A stretch of 64,000 nt of DNA, taken from NCBI GenBank assembly GCA_963760525.1, contig CAVXDT010000003.1, positions 18,448 through 82,447 on the forward strand, read 5' to 3'. This document shows positions 18,933 to 29,072 of this stretch, in pieces. The stretch comes from Nitrososphaeria archaeon (GTDB lineage: Archaea > Thermoproteota > Nitrososphaeria > JACIWG01). Positions within the stretch are counted from its first letter, which is position 1; each line of letters starts with the position of its first letter. The notes beneath the pieces were generated by a model. That model saw only the letters and a program-made list of their open reading frames with translations. It made no database searches and had not been told where the DNA came from. A program made the translations under genes and the position numbers.

Positions 18933-19331
18933 CTAGACGACTTCGAAGGATGATCTATTACCTTGTTTGTCGAAAAGTGCTACTACTTCTACGCTGTCGT
19001 ATGGGTAGCCGACAATAATCATCAGTATGCCAAACATATTTAAAAGATCCTGTTGTGAAGGCTCTAATATTCCGCTTGGATGGGAATGAGCTGTTCCTAA
19101 TATTGACAGGTCTAGAGGGAGCATGTGCACAGGGAAATATGAGCGATTCTCGCTTGTTTGAAATAGAGGAGGAATAACAAGCTCTGTTATCGTTATTGCA
19201 TCTTCTTTGACCTTTCCCCGAAGAAGCAATATTGCCTCTCTAGGGTGTAAGCCTTTAGAATAGGCTAGTATACCTTCCACAACCTCCTTCTTGAAAAAAA
19301 CTCTCTTTGGCTTCTTCTTCATCTTCGACAA
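18933..19331 (-). CDS. JAMM/MPN+ metalloprotease (Mov34 family)
   Basis: JAMM motif AHSHPSGILEPSQQD with an upstream Glu (HPREAILLL). The track start is TTG. An ATG lies at 19322. Confidence 0.75.
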   Translation of the reverse strand: MSKMKKKPKRVFFKKEVVEGILAYSKGLHPREAILLLRGKVKEDAITITELVIPPLFQTSENRSYFPVHMLPLDLSILGTAHSHPSGILEPSQQDLLNMFGILMIIVGYPYDSVEVVALFDKQGNRSSFEVV

Positions 19332-19464
19332 ATCTAACGTAGTGGATTGGAGTCTTAAAGTCTTTCGCTAGACATAAGTCTCTTACTACATAGTCTAGTT
19401 CATGCTGTTCGCTGTGAAACCCATTCTACTGCGGAAAACATCAAGCTGATATTTCTGGGAGTGA

Positions 19465-20421
19465 TTACAATGCAAAACAGTTAGCTGCCCATCTCATCTT
19501 CTTTTCTATGTATATGTTTAGCTCTTCATGGCCCATTCCCGGATATATAGCCAAGTCTTTCTGCACCGTTCCTACATGATTGTAGGTTGCGAAAACAGTT
19601 GAAGGCGGGCATGTAGTGTCTACGAGCCCAACTGAAATGAGAGTGGTCGGATTTATTTCTGGAGCTAGGTTCATAGTGTCAAAGTATGAAAGTGTCTCCA
19701 TTACTCTGTATTCGTCGTCAGGATGAGTTTTCAGGTAGTTTAGGATTTCAAGATATGGCCCCGTTTCAGCGACGCTGACAGCTCTTCCAAAATTACAGAG
19801 AAACGGTACACTGGACATGACTATCGAGATCTTTTTGTGAAGTGCTGCCATAGCCAACGATATTCCTCCTCCTTGACTGTGTCCTACGACACCTATTCTT
19901 CCATCGACATCTTCTCTGGTGAGAACATAGTCTATTGCTCGATAGCAGTCCATGTATGCATATCTATAGTAGTAGGAGGATTCATTCAATATGCCTTTTG
20001 TCATATGCCCTGTTATGTTTCCATAGCTGTATTCTGCTCTGTCCGGTGATTCTCCAGACTGACCTCTCACATCGATTGAAAAGACCGAGAACCCTAACAT
20101 TATCCAACCTAGATAGTCGGAAACAGTTCCTTTACTGCTTCCATAGCCATGAAAGAAGACAAGCGCAGGGTCTTTGTCTTTACGCTCAGAGCTTTTCATA
20201 AACCTCCCAACTATAGGCGATTTGTCTAGGAATCCATCAAAAGTCACCCCAGAAACCCTGACCTTGTTCGAGAAATAGCTCATCGGTCTTATCTGAACGC
20301 TTAAAGGTTGCTCCTGAGCCTGTTTCACGTTTTCGCTCCAGAACTGAGTGAATCTACTGGTTCTGGTTAGCCTTGGCTTATAATTTCTTAATTCGTCAAG
20401 TGGCAGGTCTACAATAGGCAT
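19465..20421 (-). CDS. Acetyl xylan esterase / cephalosporin-C deacetylase family (AXE1) serine hydrolase
   Basis: Nucleophile elbow GHSQGG and a family-typical N-terminus MPIVDLPLDELRNYKP. I chose the internal ATG at 20421, because the longer ORF to 20556 would overlap the next gene and adds a non-homologous leader. Confidence 0.75.
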   Translation of the reverse strand: MPIVDLPLDELRNYKPRLTRTSRFTQFWSENVKQAQEQPLSVQIRPMSYFSNKVRVSGVTFDGFLDKSPIVGRFMKSSERKDKDPALVFFHGYGSSKGTVSDYLGWIMLGFSVFSIDVRGQSGESPDRAEYSYGNITGHMTKGILNESSYYYRYAYMDCYRAIDYVLTREDVDGRIGVVGHSQGGGISLAMAALHKKISIVMSSVPFLCNFGRAVSVAETGPYLEILNYLKTHPDDEYRVMETLSYFDTMNLAPEINPTTLISVGLVDTTCPPSTVFATYNHVGTVQKDLAIYPGMGHEELNIYIEKKMRWAANCFAL

Positions 20422-20528
20422 AATTTGAAGCTTCAACTGGTAACACAGATAAATGTTGCGTAGAAAGAACTTAACCCATCGCAGCAAGACAATTATTTTG
20501 TCAGAGCTATTTTTATCACTTGAAAACA

Positions 20529-21104
20529 CTATGTCTTGATTTTTCCAATCAACCACACCATTTTCTTACCAAAATTTCTTGCAGTCTGCATTCCTTCATC
20601 ATCTGTTCCCACTTCACCTTTTTCCTTTCCAAAAGCTATGTTCCAATAGGTGGATCCAGGTACGATCATACCTTGGTGAAGGAAGAAGAACAGGAGCTGA
20701 GCGAAGGTGAAATTTTGTCCCGCCCTTCTCGCGACCACGAGAGCCCCACCAACCTTATTCTCAAAAGGTCTGCCTGTGCGATTGGACAGATATCCTGCCC
20801 TATCAATTAAAGCCATAATTTGGGGGGTGGCCGATCCAAAGTAGACGGGAGACGATAGGATTATGCCATCAGCTGCAACCATCTTGTCGTAGACGGACTT
20901 GAAATCGTCCCTTTTTGTGCAACGTTTTGTGGTTTTGCAAGCGTTGCAAGCATCGCATGGTTGTATTTTCTTGTCAGCCAACCTTAGTAGCTCGGTTTCT
21001 GCTCCCTCTTCCACTGCAGCCCTCAGAGCTTCAGACACAAGATGCTCGGTGTTACCTCCTATTCTTGGGCTTCCAACTACACCTAATATGCGAATTGAAA
21101 TCAT
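20529..21104 (-). CDS. Iron-sulfur flavoprotein (Isf-like NADPH-dependent FMN reductase family)
   Basis: Flavodoxin-like N-terminus GSPRIGGNT and a compact Cys motif CDACNACKTTKRC (Cx2Cx2Cx5C) typical of Isf proteins. Confidence 0.7.
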   Translation of the reverse strand: MISIRILGVVGSPRIGGNTEHLVSEALRAAVEEGAETELLRLADKKIQPCDACNACKTTKRCTKRDDFKSVYDKMVAADGIILSSPVYFGSATPQIMALIDRAGYLSNRTGRPFENKVGGALVVARRAGQNFTFAQLLFFFLHQGMIVPGSTYWNIAFGKEKGEVGTDDEGMQTARNFGKKMVWLIGKIKT

Positions 21105-21202
21105 AATATCGATGAGCGCTCCTATGGTTAATTATTTATGCTTTTCAATTCGATGGTATTAGATAACCAAATTAGGATAAAAATCATATTATGTTTGGTT
21201 GA

Positions 21203-22510
21203 TCAACTTGATTTTAATGCTTTCTTTAATTCTCTAACATTCTCAATCCATCTTTCGTCTCCTTCAGTCCATGGCAGTGCAACAAGTGATAATCGAACAA
21301 CCTTTACTGGTTCACCATAGAATGCGCTACCTGGTACCGTGACTATTCCATATTCATCTATTAGTTTCGTGGAGAACTTGTCTCCATCTATAGGTGTTCT
21401 GACAAGAGAATACAGTGCTCCAAATATTTTGTTAGTTGGGAGCATAAGGTAGCCATCTAATTCCTCCATGAGGATTGTAAGCCTGTTAGCAAGTATCTTA
21501 CACGTCCAAATATGCGTAAGCGGTTTCTCAAGGAACCCTCGGAGAACTGCTGTTCCCAAGATTAATGATCCAGTTGGACTGCTTAGGTTGTCTCTTCCGA
21601 CAAAAGTGTTTATGCTCTCTACCCATTCTGGGCATGCTGTGGCCATTCCAAATCTTAGACCCGCTATCAAACATGTTTTGGAAAGGCTGGAGAGTACACA
21701 CATGTGTTCATAATATTTGCTTGAAATTTTCTTGAACTCTTCCTGTTTTGACTTGAGAAATTCATCATCGAAAACCGCCTTCTTCGAGTTCATTCTCAAT
21801 ATTGTGAACAAATAGGGTGCATCCCATACTACAGCTCCATTATGTTGTATCATTGATTCTACGATGTCCTTTAGATCACTCGGGCTGGTGTATCCTGTTG
21901 GGTTATTAGGCATGCTCAAATAAAACACAGAATTCTCTTCTATTTTCTTCTCAAGATCAAGCACGTCTATTGAGAGGTCATCTTTAACATCAACTCTAAT
22001 TTCTTTCGAGCCCATAGCTCTTACAGTTCCAGATGCAGCATCATAATCCCATCTTAGCATTAGAATAGATGTACCCTTCCTAAGTGACTTCAAAGATGCT
22101 ACTAGGGCCTGCTGGCCTCCTGCAGTAACGATAACCCTATCTAATTCATCATTCGATAATGGTATTCCATGTATATCCTTGAAGTACTTCAAAGCCAGTT
22201 TTCTTGTTGAAGGGATGCCTCCAGTCGGGCTATAACTTAATGCTGCAGGGGTCGGGTTAAAAGACTCCATTAGACCATTCTTCAAACTCTCGGCCATCGT
22301 GTGCAAGCTTTCGGGAAGATTCTTGTTAACTTCAATATCCAGTTTCGTGAATAGGTTAAATTTACCTGGAAGTCTTCCAGCATTTCCGCTTCCAAAGTCG
22401 TAGACTGGAAGTCTTCTGTCTTCTCTATCAGCTATCTTAGCCATGGTAGCCCTAATGGCAGGTGGTGCTGACACTGGCGATAGGTAGTCGCGTTTCAAAT
22501 ACTCCGCCAA
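21203..22510 (-). CDS. PLP-dependent aminotransferase, class I/II fold
   Basis: 435 aa with NPTGY and SLSKT (PLP-lysine region) motifs. TTG start. Confidence 0.7.
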   Translation of the reverse strand: MAEYLKRDYLSPVSAPPAIRATMAKIADREDRRLPVYDFGSGNAGRLPGKFNLFTKLDIEVNKNLPESLHTMAESLKNGLMESFNPTPAALSYSPTGGIPSTRKLALKYFKDIHGIPLSNDELDRVIVTAGGQQALVASLKSLRKGTSILMLRWDYDAASGTVRAMGSKEIRVDVKDDLSIDVLDLEKKIEENSVFYLSMPNNPTGYTSPSDLKDIVESMIQHNGAVVWDAPYLFTILRMNSKKAVFDDEFLKSKQEEFKKISSKYYEHMCVLSSLSKTCLIAGLRFGMATACPEWVESINTFVGRDNLSSPTGSLILGTAVLRGFLEKPLTHIWTCKILANRLTILMEELDGYLMLPTNKIFGALYSLVRTPIDGDKFSTKLIDEYGIVTVPGSAFYGEPVKVVRLSLVALPWTEGDERWIENVRELKKALKSS

Positions 22511-22683
22511 GAAAGGAAGAATTTCTAATATAAACTTTCTGTCAGGAATTCTCTACATTCGGAAGATAGTTTGATTTAGTAGATATGGTACCAACAACTA
22601 TAACCAAGATTGCTGAAGCTATCATGAAGTCCTGTCAATGTTTAAATAGAATTCAATGTGTAAAAATTATAGATTGATCAAAA

Positions 22684-23625
22684 ATGTACGATGTTATCAT
22701 AGTTGGCGCAGGTCCTGCAGGTTTAACCGCTGCGACAAACACGACTCTCAGAGGCTTGAAAAGTCTGATACTTGAGAAACAAGACACTCCTGGCGGATTG
22801 CCTACACTTCTCTATCCTGATAAGATCATAAGAGATCATCCTGGCTTTCCAGTAGGCATACTCGGCAAGGAACTTAGTAGAATGTTATATATGCAAGCGA
22901 AAAACGCAGGCACAGAAATTAAACTTGATGAAGAAGTGTTGAAAATAGAAAAGGTTGAGGACAAATTCATAGAAGTTAGGACCGTTCAAGATATCTACCA
23001 GGCAAAAAGAGTCATACTCTGCACAGGATTCTTCAACGCCCCGACAAAGCTGGAAGTATTAAAGGACTACAAAGGTCCTAACGTTCATCATAAAGTCGAA
23101 GTTCCCGAGATTTTCAAAAACAAAAGGCTAGTAATTGTGGGTGGAGGGGATTATGCGTTTGACACAGGGATTCAACTCAAAGACATCACCAAAAGCACCA
23201 CCATCATAGTAAAGAGTAGATATGCTAAGGCAAAAGAACACACGGTCAAACTTGCGAAAAGTTCGGGAATAGAAGTCCTCTATAATACGGAGATTGTGAA
23301 GTTCTTCGAAGACAGCTCTGGCAGACTCGGTAGCGTCCTAACAACTAATAACCGTACTGGTGAAAAGACGACTTTACAGTGCGAAGAGATTTTCGTGGCA
23401 ATAGGTTTTGAACCGATTAAACTATTTTTGGAAAACAACGGTTTCGAGTTAACAGAAGAGGGCGCAGTAAAGGTGAGCGAAAAATTTCAGACAAATGTTA
23501 AAGGGGTATTTGCAGCTGGAGATGTTACTGGGGAAGTTAGGCTCATAGCTACAGCCTGTGCCAAAGGCATAATCGCAGCAGTTTATGCCTTCGAAGAAAT
23601 TAAGAAGCCTTATTGGCTGAAGTAG
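22684..23625 (+). CDS. Thioredoxin-reductase-like FAD/NAD(P) oxidoreductase lacking the redox CxxC (FNR/YumC-like)
   Basis: FAD motif VIIVGAGPAGLTAA, a second Rossmann motif VIVGGGDYAFD, and C-terminal GVFAAGDV. No CxxC pair is present in the translation. Confidence 0.7.
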   Translation: MYDVIIVGAGPAGLTAATNTTLRGLKSLILEKQDTPGGLPTLLYPDKIIRDHPGFPVGILGKELSRMLYMQAKNAGTEIKLDEEVLKIEKVEDKFIEVRTVQDIYQAKRVILCTGFFNAPTKLEVLKDYKGPNVHHKVEVPEIFKNKRLVIVGGGDYAFDTGIQLKDITKSTTIIVKSRYAKAKEHTVKLAKSSGIEVLYNTEIVKFFEDSSGRLGSVLTTNNRTGEKTTLQCEEIFVAIGFEPIKLFLENNGFELTEEGAVKVSEKFQTNVKGVFAAGDVTGEVRLIATACAKGIIAAVYAFEEIKKPYWLK

Positions 23626-23759
23626 GAAAATATCCTATGACAGCCACCAAACTCACTAAATTCAATATCTGAAATCCTTTTGTTATCATAAATATTCAAT
23701 TCATACAAACGCGATCTTGAACTAAAAGTTAAGAGTAACTCGACTATATACGTGAAAGC

Positions 23760-25016
23760 ATGGGTTTAAAGAGGACCTTAAGCCTTTTTGACGCCACATC
23801 AATTGGAATCGGGGCGATAATAGGCGCTGGAATATTCGTCGTATTAGGTGTCGCTGTAGGCTATGCTGGGCCAGCGATTATTATTTCGATGGTGGTCGCT
23901 GGTATAGTTGCCTCTTTTACCGCGTTTAGCTTCGCTGAACTAGGCTCAGCAATCCCCAAAGAGGGTGGAGTTTACACGTTCGCATATGAGGTAGTTTCTC
24001 CTTTTGTAGGTTTTGTGGTCGGTTGTTTATGGCTGTTTGGCCAGATGGTAGCTGGGACGGCGATTAGCTTGGGATTTGCCAGCTACTTTGTCACAATATT
24101 TCCATGGTTTCCACTGAAGACTACTGCAATTTCGGTTGCGTTGATATTAACAGGCTTAAACCTTCTAGGAATAAAACAATCTGCGACCATCAATAATGTT
24201 TTGGTCTTAACGAAGATCGGAATCCTCTGCCTTTTCATTGGTGCTGGAGCTTATCAGATAAACGCGCAATATTACTCTCCGCTTGCTCCAAATGGTTTCC
24301 CTGGAATCCTTCAAGGAGCTGCTTTTATCTTTTTCGCGTATTTGGGTTTTGGGAGGATAGCAGCGCTTGGTGAGGAGGTAAAGAACCCAACAAGAACGTT
24401 GCCACTGTCGATTCTGCTCGCGTTGGGCACGTCCGTAATAATATACGTTCTTACAGGTTTTGTAGCAGTGGGTTTACAAGACTATCGAGTCCTCGCAGGG
24501 TCAGGTTCGCCCCTAACTGATGCTGCGAAGGCGATCGGAAACTTCGGGATAGTGATTGCCATTTCCTTAGGTGCTCTTATCGCTACAGCAAGCGTCCTGT
24601 TGACAAACCTCATCGGCTTGTCAAGAGTTTCGTTTGCGATGGCAAGAAACGGGCAGCTTCCGAAATCCGCAGCAAAAGTTCATTCGAAACTTGGAACACC
24701 GTACGTCTCAGTCCTTGTGATGGGAGCGGTGATGGCAGTCTTGACTTATGCTCTTGACCTTAAACAGACCGCAGCCATAGCAAGTTTCTCCATCTTATCA
24801 ACACATGTGATTCTGAATTACTCTGCGATAAAACTCAGAAAGAGGAAGCCGAGTTTGGAGACATTCAAGTCGCCTATGTATCCTCTGATTCCTTTGTTAG
24901 GTCTGATTAGCTGCATCGTTCTAATGTTCTCCTTGCCTGAGGAATCCTGGATTGTCACCGCAGCTATCATAGCTGCAAGCTCACTTTACTATCTGCATCT
25001 CCGTCAAAGGGATTAG
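23760..25016 (+). CDS. Amino acid permease, APC superfamily
   Basis: 418 aa with about 12 TM segments. The N-terminal signature GIGAIIGAGIFVVLG and the FSFAELGSAIPKEGG motif are present. Confidence 0.8.
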   Translation: MGLKRTLSLFDATSIGIGAIIGAGIFVVLGVAVGYAGPAIIISMVVAGIVASFTAFSFAELGSAIPKEGGVYTFAYEVVSPFVGFVVGCLWLFGQMVAGTAISLGFASYFVTIFPWFPLKTTAISVALILTGLNLLGIKQSATINNVLVLTKIGILCLFIGAGAYQINAQYYSPLAPNGFPGILQGAAFIFFAYLGFGRIAALGEEVKNPTRTLPLSILLALGTSVIIYVLTGFVAVGLQDYRVLAGSGSPLTDAAKAIGNFGIVIAISLGALIATASVLLTNLIGLSRVSFAMARNGQLPKSAAKVHSKLGTPYVSVLVMGAVMAVLTYALDLKQTAAIASFSILSTHVILNYSAIKLRKRKPSLETFKSPMYPLIPLLGLISCIVLMFSLPEESWIVTAAIIAASSLYYLHLRQRD

Positions 25017-25079
25017 CCAACATAGCAGATCTGATTAATTCATCAAAGCATTGACCATCTATATGAGGAAATTAACAAA

Positions 25080-25802
25080 TTAATCATAAAAAGGCTTAGA
25101 CTCACTTCGGTTCAAATTCCAAATATTGTGAGAACTGAATGAGAAATCTTCAGAAATCATATTTCTACGGGATAGCCCATCTATTGAGTCTCCGTTTGTT
25201 TGAGATGCTGTTGGATTTTCACGAGAATTATAGGGGCCTTTTTTAAGACCGTAAATAATTACAGAAAATAAGAATATCAGTAGGGATACTGTGATTAGCC
25301 CAACATTTAGTTCTAGACCCGATGTTACATGTTCTTTACCTATCCATTCGTTTATGGAATACTGTTGTACTATTGGGTTGAAGGATATGAATGGGAATTG
25401 GTGGGGACTAAGGTTGACGGCAAGTTGAATGGAGTAGCACTGGTCGCTGAATGGATAGAAGAGTGACATGGGTGGAAGCCCGTCAAGGTCAAGCAGTAGA
25501 TGTGTTGCGGTGAGGGCAGACATAATTAAGCATGAAACGTAAGCGAGAGGATGCGATGGAAATGATTTCCAAAATACTATGCCTAAGGCTAGAAGAAGTA
25601 GCGGTAAGATAATAGTGTGAGTGAACAGGCGATGGGTTGAAGCGTTGAACAGCAGGTCAGTGTCCATGATCACTGAAGACAGAGATATTATCAGAAAGTA
25701 AAGGTTTCTCCGCCAGCTTCCGAGGAATAGACTTCGTCTTCTTCCAAGAGCTATCCAAGCCAATGAAGTAGAGAGAAAATAATGGGTAAATGCGTCTGTC
25801 AT
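25080..25802 (-). CDS. Membrane-bound metal-dependent hydrolase-like protein (DUF457/YdjM-like)
   Basis: Begins MTDAFTHYFLS, has multiple TM helices with conserved His residues, and has a hydrophilic C-terminal tail. Confidence 0.4.
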   Translation of the reverse strand: MTDAFTHYFLSTSLAWIALGRRRSLFLGSWRRNLYFLIISLSSVIMDTDLLFNASTHRLFTHTIILPLLLLALGIVFWKSFPSHPLAYVSCLIMSALTATHLLLDLDGLPPMSLFYPFSDQCYSIQLAVNLSPHQFPFISFNPIVQQYSINEWIGKEHVTSGLELNVGLITVSLLIFLFSVIIYGLKKGPYNSRENPTASQTNGDSIDGLSRRNMISEDFSFSSHNIWNLNRSESKPFYD

Positions 25803-25934
25803 CTTGGAGTCGTCAGACTGTATTGTTCTATTCTTATATTTGAGTTTAACCGATTTGTTAACAGTTGTTGTACTTATACTTGTATCAAAAAAAGAAGGAG
25901 GAGGAAATCATAGCTAACATTCCTATGTTCTATG

Positions 25935-27374
25935 TTAAGTTCTGGCGTAATATGATGCTGATTTCATAGCTTCGTCTACTGTCAGGAATCCGTTGCCCGC
26001 ATCATGGCTGCCCCATTTGAAGGGGTATACTGCATAGTTGTCAAAAACGTTCGAAACGTACATAGTAGCTCCTTTCATCGAATTCCGTGTCGCAGCGTTC
26101 TTCAGTATCAATTCCATGCCTGCTTGATTAAGGGTTGGATGGGACTGTAGAACTAATGCTGCTATTCCTGAGACGTGTGGTGCTGCTTGGCTTGTTCCCC
26201 AGACGGCGTAATAGCCCCATTGGTCTGGTCCGTAATCTTTGAACGGGCCACGGATTGCTGCACCTGGTGCTGAAACATCCAGGTCGTTCACACTCTGTCC
26301 GATTGCTGGGTTTGGTCTGCTACTGAAGTCTGTCAAGTACATCTGCCACATATTCTGATAGGTAGACCCAGTCGTCGGGTCATAGACAAAGTTCATAGTA
26401 TTCAGCTTTTCTGGTACGTCGTTCCACCACCAGAAATAGTTATAGTGTCCTCCGCCATACTCTTGTGTCCATCCTGCGGCAGCAACTGAAATAACTTGAG
26501 GATACGCTCCTGGCCATCCCATACCGTATTCTCCCTCGTTACCTGCTGAGGCGACGATTATCACACCTTTGCTGATAGCATAGTCGATTGCATCCTCTAT
26601 GATTGTAGTGGGTACTGGTCCGCCCAAGCTCATGTTGATTACTATCTTGATGCCCTCGCTCTCCGCTAGGTCTCCAATGTATTTAATGCCTGCAGCTACC
26701 ATTTCGTCAGTTCCTCCTGCATAGAAGGCTATTGTACCGTTAGGATAGGAGACCATCCAGTCGTCCAAGACTAGAACTGGGATTATGGTTACTTTAGGTG
26801 CGACTCCAGGTATCCAATTGTCAACTTCAGATGAAGCTCTCACATAGTGGAAGCCAGTTATAATGCTTGTGACGTGGGTTCCATGTCCAGAACCCCATCC
26901 GTATCCAAAGTCATTAAAATGGCCATCATCATATGTGATAAAGCCTCGGTCAGATCTTACTGGGCCATATGAGAATTCGTCGGAGAAGTTGCCTCCGGGG
27001 CCAGTCCAGAATACGTCGTGGGTAAAACCTTTGCCCCATTCTTCTTTGATGTCTACTCTGTCTTCTGGGAAGAAGTCCAAATAATTGGAGAGCAAACCGG
27101 TATCTAAGACGGCAACGTAGATGCCTTGCCCATTGTTTGTAGCTGTCTCAGCGTTCACCGCATCAATGTTCCAAGGATCAGGGCCTTCAGGAATACCTCC
27201 ATCGTCATCAGCTAATCTTAGAGATTTAATAGGCTGAGCCTTATATTTCAGAGCTCCTGAAGTTTTTGCTTTGACACTATTTACTGTCTGTGCGCTTACC
27301 GCTGGTAGAAATGAGGTGGAAAGCAGCATAAAAAATGCCAGAATCACCATTACTGTAGAAGTCTTTCTATTCAT
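25935..27374 (-). CDS. Secreted subtilisin-like serine protease (peptidase S8)
   Basis: Catalytic triad motifs VAVLDTGL (Asp), GHGTHVTS (His) and GTSQAAPHVSG (Ser). The N-terminal signal/TM reads MNRKTSTVMVILAFFMLL...VSAQ. I used the ATG at 27374 rather than the TTG at 27389. Confidence 0.88.
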   Translation of the reverse strand: MNRKTSTVMVILAFFMLLSTSFLPAVSAQTVNSVKAKTSGALKYKAQPIKSLRLADDDGGIPEGPDPWNIDAVNAETATNNGQGIYVAVLDTGLLSNYLDFFPEDRVDIKEEWGKGFTHDVFWTGPGGNFSDEFSYGPVRSDRGFITYDDGHFNDFGYGWGSGHGTHVTSIITGFHYVRASSEVDNWIPGVAPKVTIIPVLVLDDWMVSYPNGTIAFYAGGTDEMVAAGIKYIGDLAESEGIKIVINMSLGGPVPTTIIEDAIDYAISKGVIIVASAGNEGEYGMGWPGAYPQVISVAAAGWTQEYGGGHYNYFWWWNDVPEKLNTMNFVYDPTTGSTYQNMWQMYLTDFSSRPNPAIGQSVNDLDVSAPGAAIRGPFKDYGPDQWGYYAVWGTSQAAPHVSGIAALVLQSHPTLNQAGMELILKNAATRNSMKGATMYVSNVFDNYAVYPFKWGSHDAGNGFLTVDEAMKSASYYART

Positions 27375-27518
27375 ATCTTCCTTCAACAAGAGATTGAACT
27401 CGATTTAGATAAATATTGCGGAAACATCTTCATATGTCCTAGCTTAACTAATGAACGTTGTACGATGGTGCATGTTTTGATAGATTACCGCCCTATGTTA
27501 ATCAAAAGTGAAATTCTT

Positions 27519-28325
27519 TCACTTTAAAGCTTTAGCTTTCACGCATTCCTCTATTATTCGATTTTTAGGTTCATTTGATAAAATAGAATCAAGGCTATTC
27601 GGTATTTCACTAATCTCCTGTATGATTGCGTCCGCTTTCTCGGTATGCTCTTTCACAGGTAGCCACCATTCTATGGCTTCGTTAGCAGTTTCTGGTCTTC
27701 GAATCCATATAGTCTTTAACCCAAATTTCTTTGGATAGTATATGTCGGAGATGTATTCGTCACCGATCATTATGGCCGGTATTCCATCAAAAAGATATTT
27801 TTTGAAGTAGCCAAAGCTGTCTTTATGGCAACCAACTTTATCCGGTGTAATTATGTCATCAAAGTACTTCTTCAAATCAAGTTTTTCTAATATAGGATTT
27901 TGATACCTATATTGGCCATTCGTTGCCAAATACATAGTATATTTCTTCTTCTTGAGCTGTTCGAGTGTTTCCTTAACGTAGGGATATAATAGTGTATTTG
28001 GAATATCTGCTGATCTTATCTTCTCGCTCAAGTCTACGTTCCATTGAATTCCTAGTCTTTTTGCAACAGTCCTCACAATGTCGTCAAAATCATATCTGTC
28101 AAGCCTTCCTGCTTTGACCCTCATATGTTCTTCGTCTCTTATTATTTGCTTAACTCTGTGTCTGTCTATTCCTTTTTCCTCTGAAATCTTTTCGTATACG
28201 GTAGACATAACCTTTGTCTCAAAAGGGTGTTTGACCAAAGTTCCATCCAAGTCTATGAAAACCATAGTATGACGATCTTTAGAAACAACATTATCGCAAG
28301 ATGAATTGGTCTTAGGATAGCTCAT
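27519..28325 (-). CDS. HAD-superfamily hydrolase
   Basis: Motif I VFIDLDGTL, then LATNG (motif II-like) and a distal MIGDE. The track start at 28340 is ATT, so I used the ATG at 28325. Confidence 0.7.
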   Translation of the reverse strand: MSYPKTNSSCDNVVSKDRHTMVFIDLDGTLVKHPFETKVMSTVYEKISEEKGIDRHRVKQIIRDEEHMRVKAGRLDRYDFDDIVRTVAKRLGIQWNVDLSEKIRSADIPNTLLYPYVKETLEQLKKKKYTMYLATNGQYRYQNPILEKLDLKKYFDDIITPDKVGCHKDSFGYFKKYLFDGIPAIMIGDEYISDIYYPKKFGLKTIWIRRPETANEAIEWWLPVKEHTEKADAIIQEISEIPNSLDSILSNEPKNRIIEECVKAKALK

Positions 28326-28663
28326 TGAAGAAGCCCTCAATTTAGACGTTAAAAGTGTTTCTTCAGGGCATGGACTCTTCTCTCTCTTTAAGAATATGGA
28401 TTTGGTCAGAACTTCAAGCTGATAGGATTAAGGAAAATAAGACTTTTGTGTAACGGAATATTCGATTTCATATTCAATCAACAGGAGTTACATTAGGACT
28501 TCCATAAAGGGAGATCAAAAAAAGGAAAGAAAATTCGCTGAGGTCCATCTTAGTCTGACACTTTTGAGAGATCCAAACTGTAGCCATTTCTATCAGAAGG
28601 TGTAATCATAGAAAAATATTAAAAGGTAGGCGAACTTAGCCCCAAGTAGGAGAAGAATCAAGA

Positions 28664-29068
28664 ATGAGTTATAGAAGAGGAGGTTATGGAGGTTACAGGA
28701 GATACGGTTCCAGATCGGACACTCCAAAACCTGTTAAAGTCGGAGAGGAATACGATGTCGAAATAAACGAAGTCGGATCAAAAGGTGACGGAATAGCAAA
28801 GGTAAAGAACTTTGTTGTCTTTGTCAACGGAGCTAAACAAGGTGAAAAATTAAAAATAAAGATAACCGATGTGCGAGATAGATTTGCAACTGCTGAAAAG
28901 GTAACTGGAGTAGAAGCTGAAGCTGAGGGAACAGGCGAGAAGAAAACTCTTCCTGAAGAAGCACCAAAAGACGTAGAAGGTACTGAAGGAGAGGAAGAAG
29001 ATACTGAAGAAGAGGAAGGAGACGTAGAAGACACAGAAGACACAGAAGACACAGAAGACACAGAATAG
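28664..29068 (+). CDS. TRAM-domain RNA-binding protein with an RGG/YGG-rich N-terminus and an acidic (E/D/T) C-terminal tail
   Basis: The core PVKVGEEYDVEINEVGSKGDGIAKVKNFVVFVNGAKQGEKLKIKITDV matches small archaeal TRAM proteins. The N-terminus is MSYRRGGYGGYRRYGSR. The tail ends EDTEDTEDTEDTE. Confidence 0.8.
   Translation: MSYRRGGYGGYRRYGSRSDTPKPVKVGEEYDVEINEVGSKGDGIAKVKNFVVFVNGAKQGEKLKIKITDVRDRFATAEKVTGVEAEAEGTGEKKTLPEEAPKDVEGTEGEEEDTEEEEGDVEDTEDTEDTEDTE
29027..29062 (+). repeat. Four perfect tandem 9-bp repeats (GAAGACACA x4) encoding (EDT)4
   Basis: Read directly: gaagacaca gaagacaca gaagacaca gaagacaca, immediately before the TRAM gene stop codon. Confidence 0.95.
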
Positions 29069-29072
29069 TAGT

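Noticed and set aside
20422-20556. N-terminal 45-aa extension of the AXE1 esterase ORF
   Set aside because: The extension overlaps the 3' end of the flavoprotein gene and lacks homology. The conserved AXE1 N-terminus starts at the internal ATG at 20421.
29027-29062. Tandem repeat considered as a possible CRISPR or minisatellite locus
   Set aside because: The unit is only 9 bp with no spacers, and it is in-frame inside a CDS. It is a coding microsatellite.
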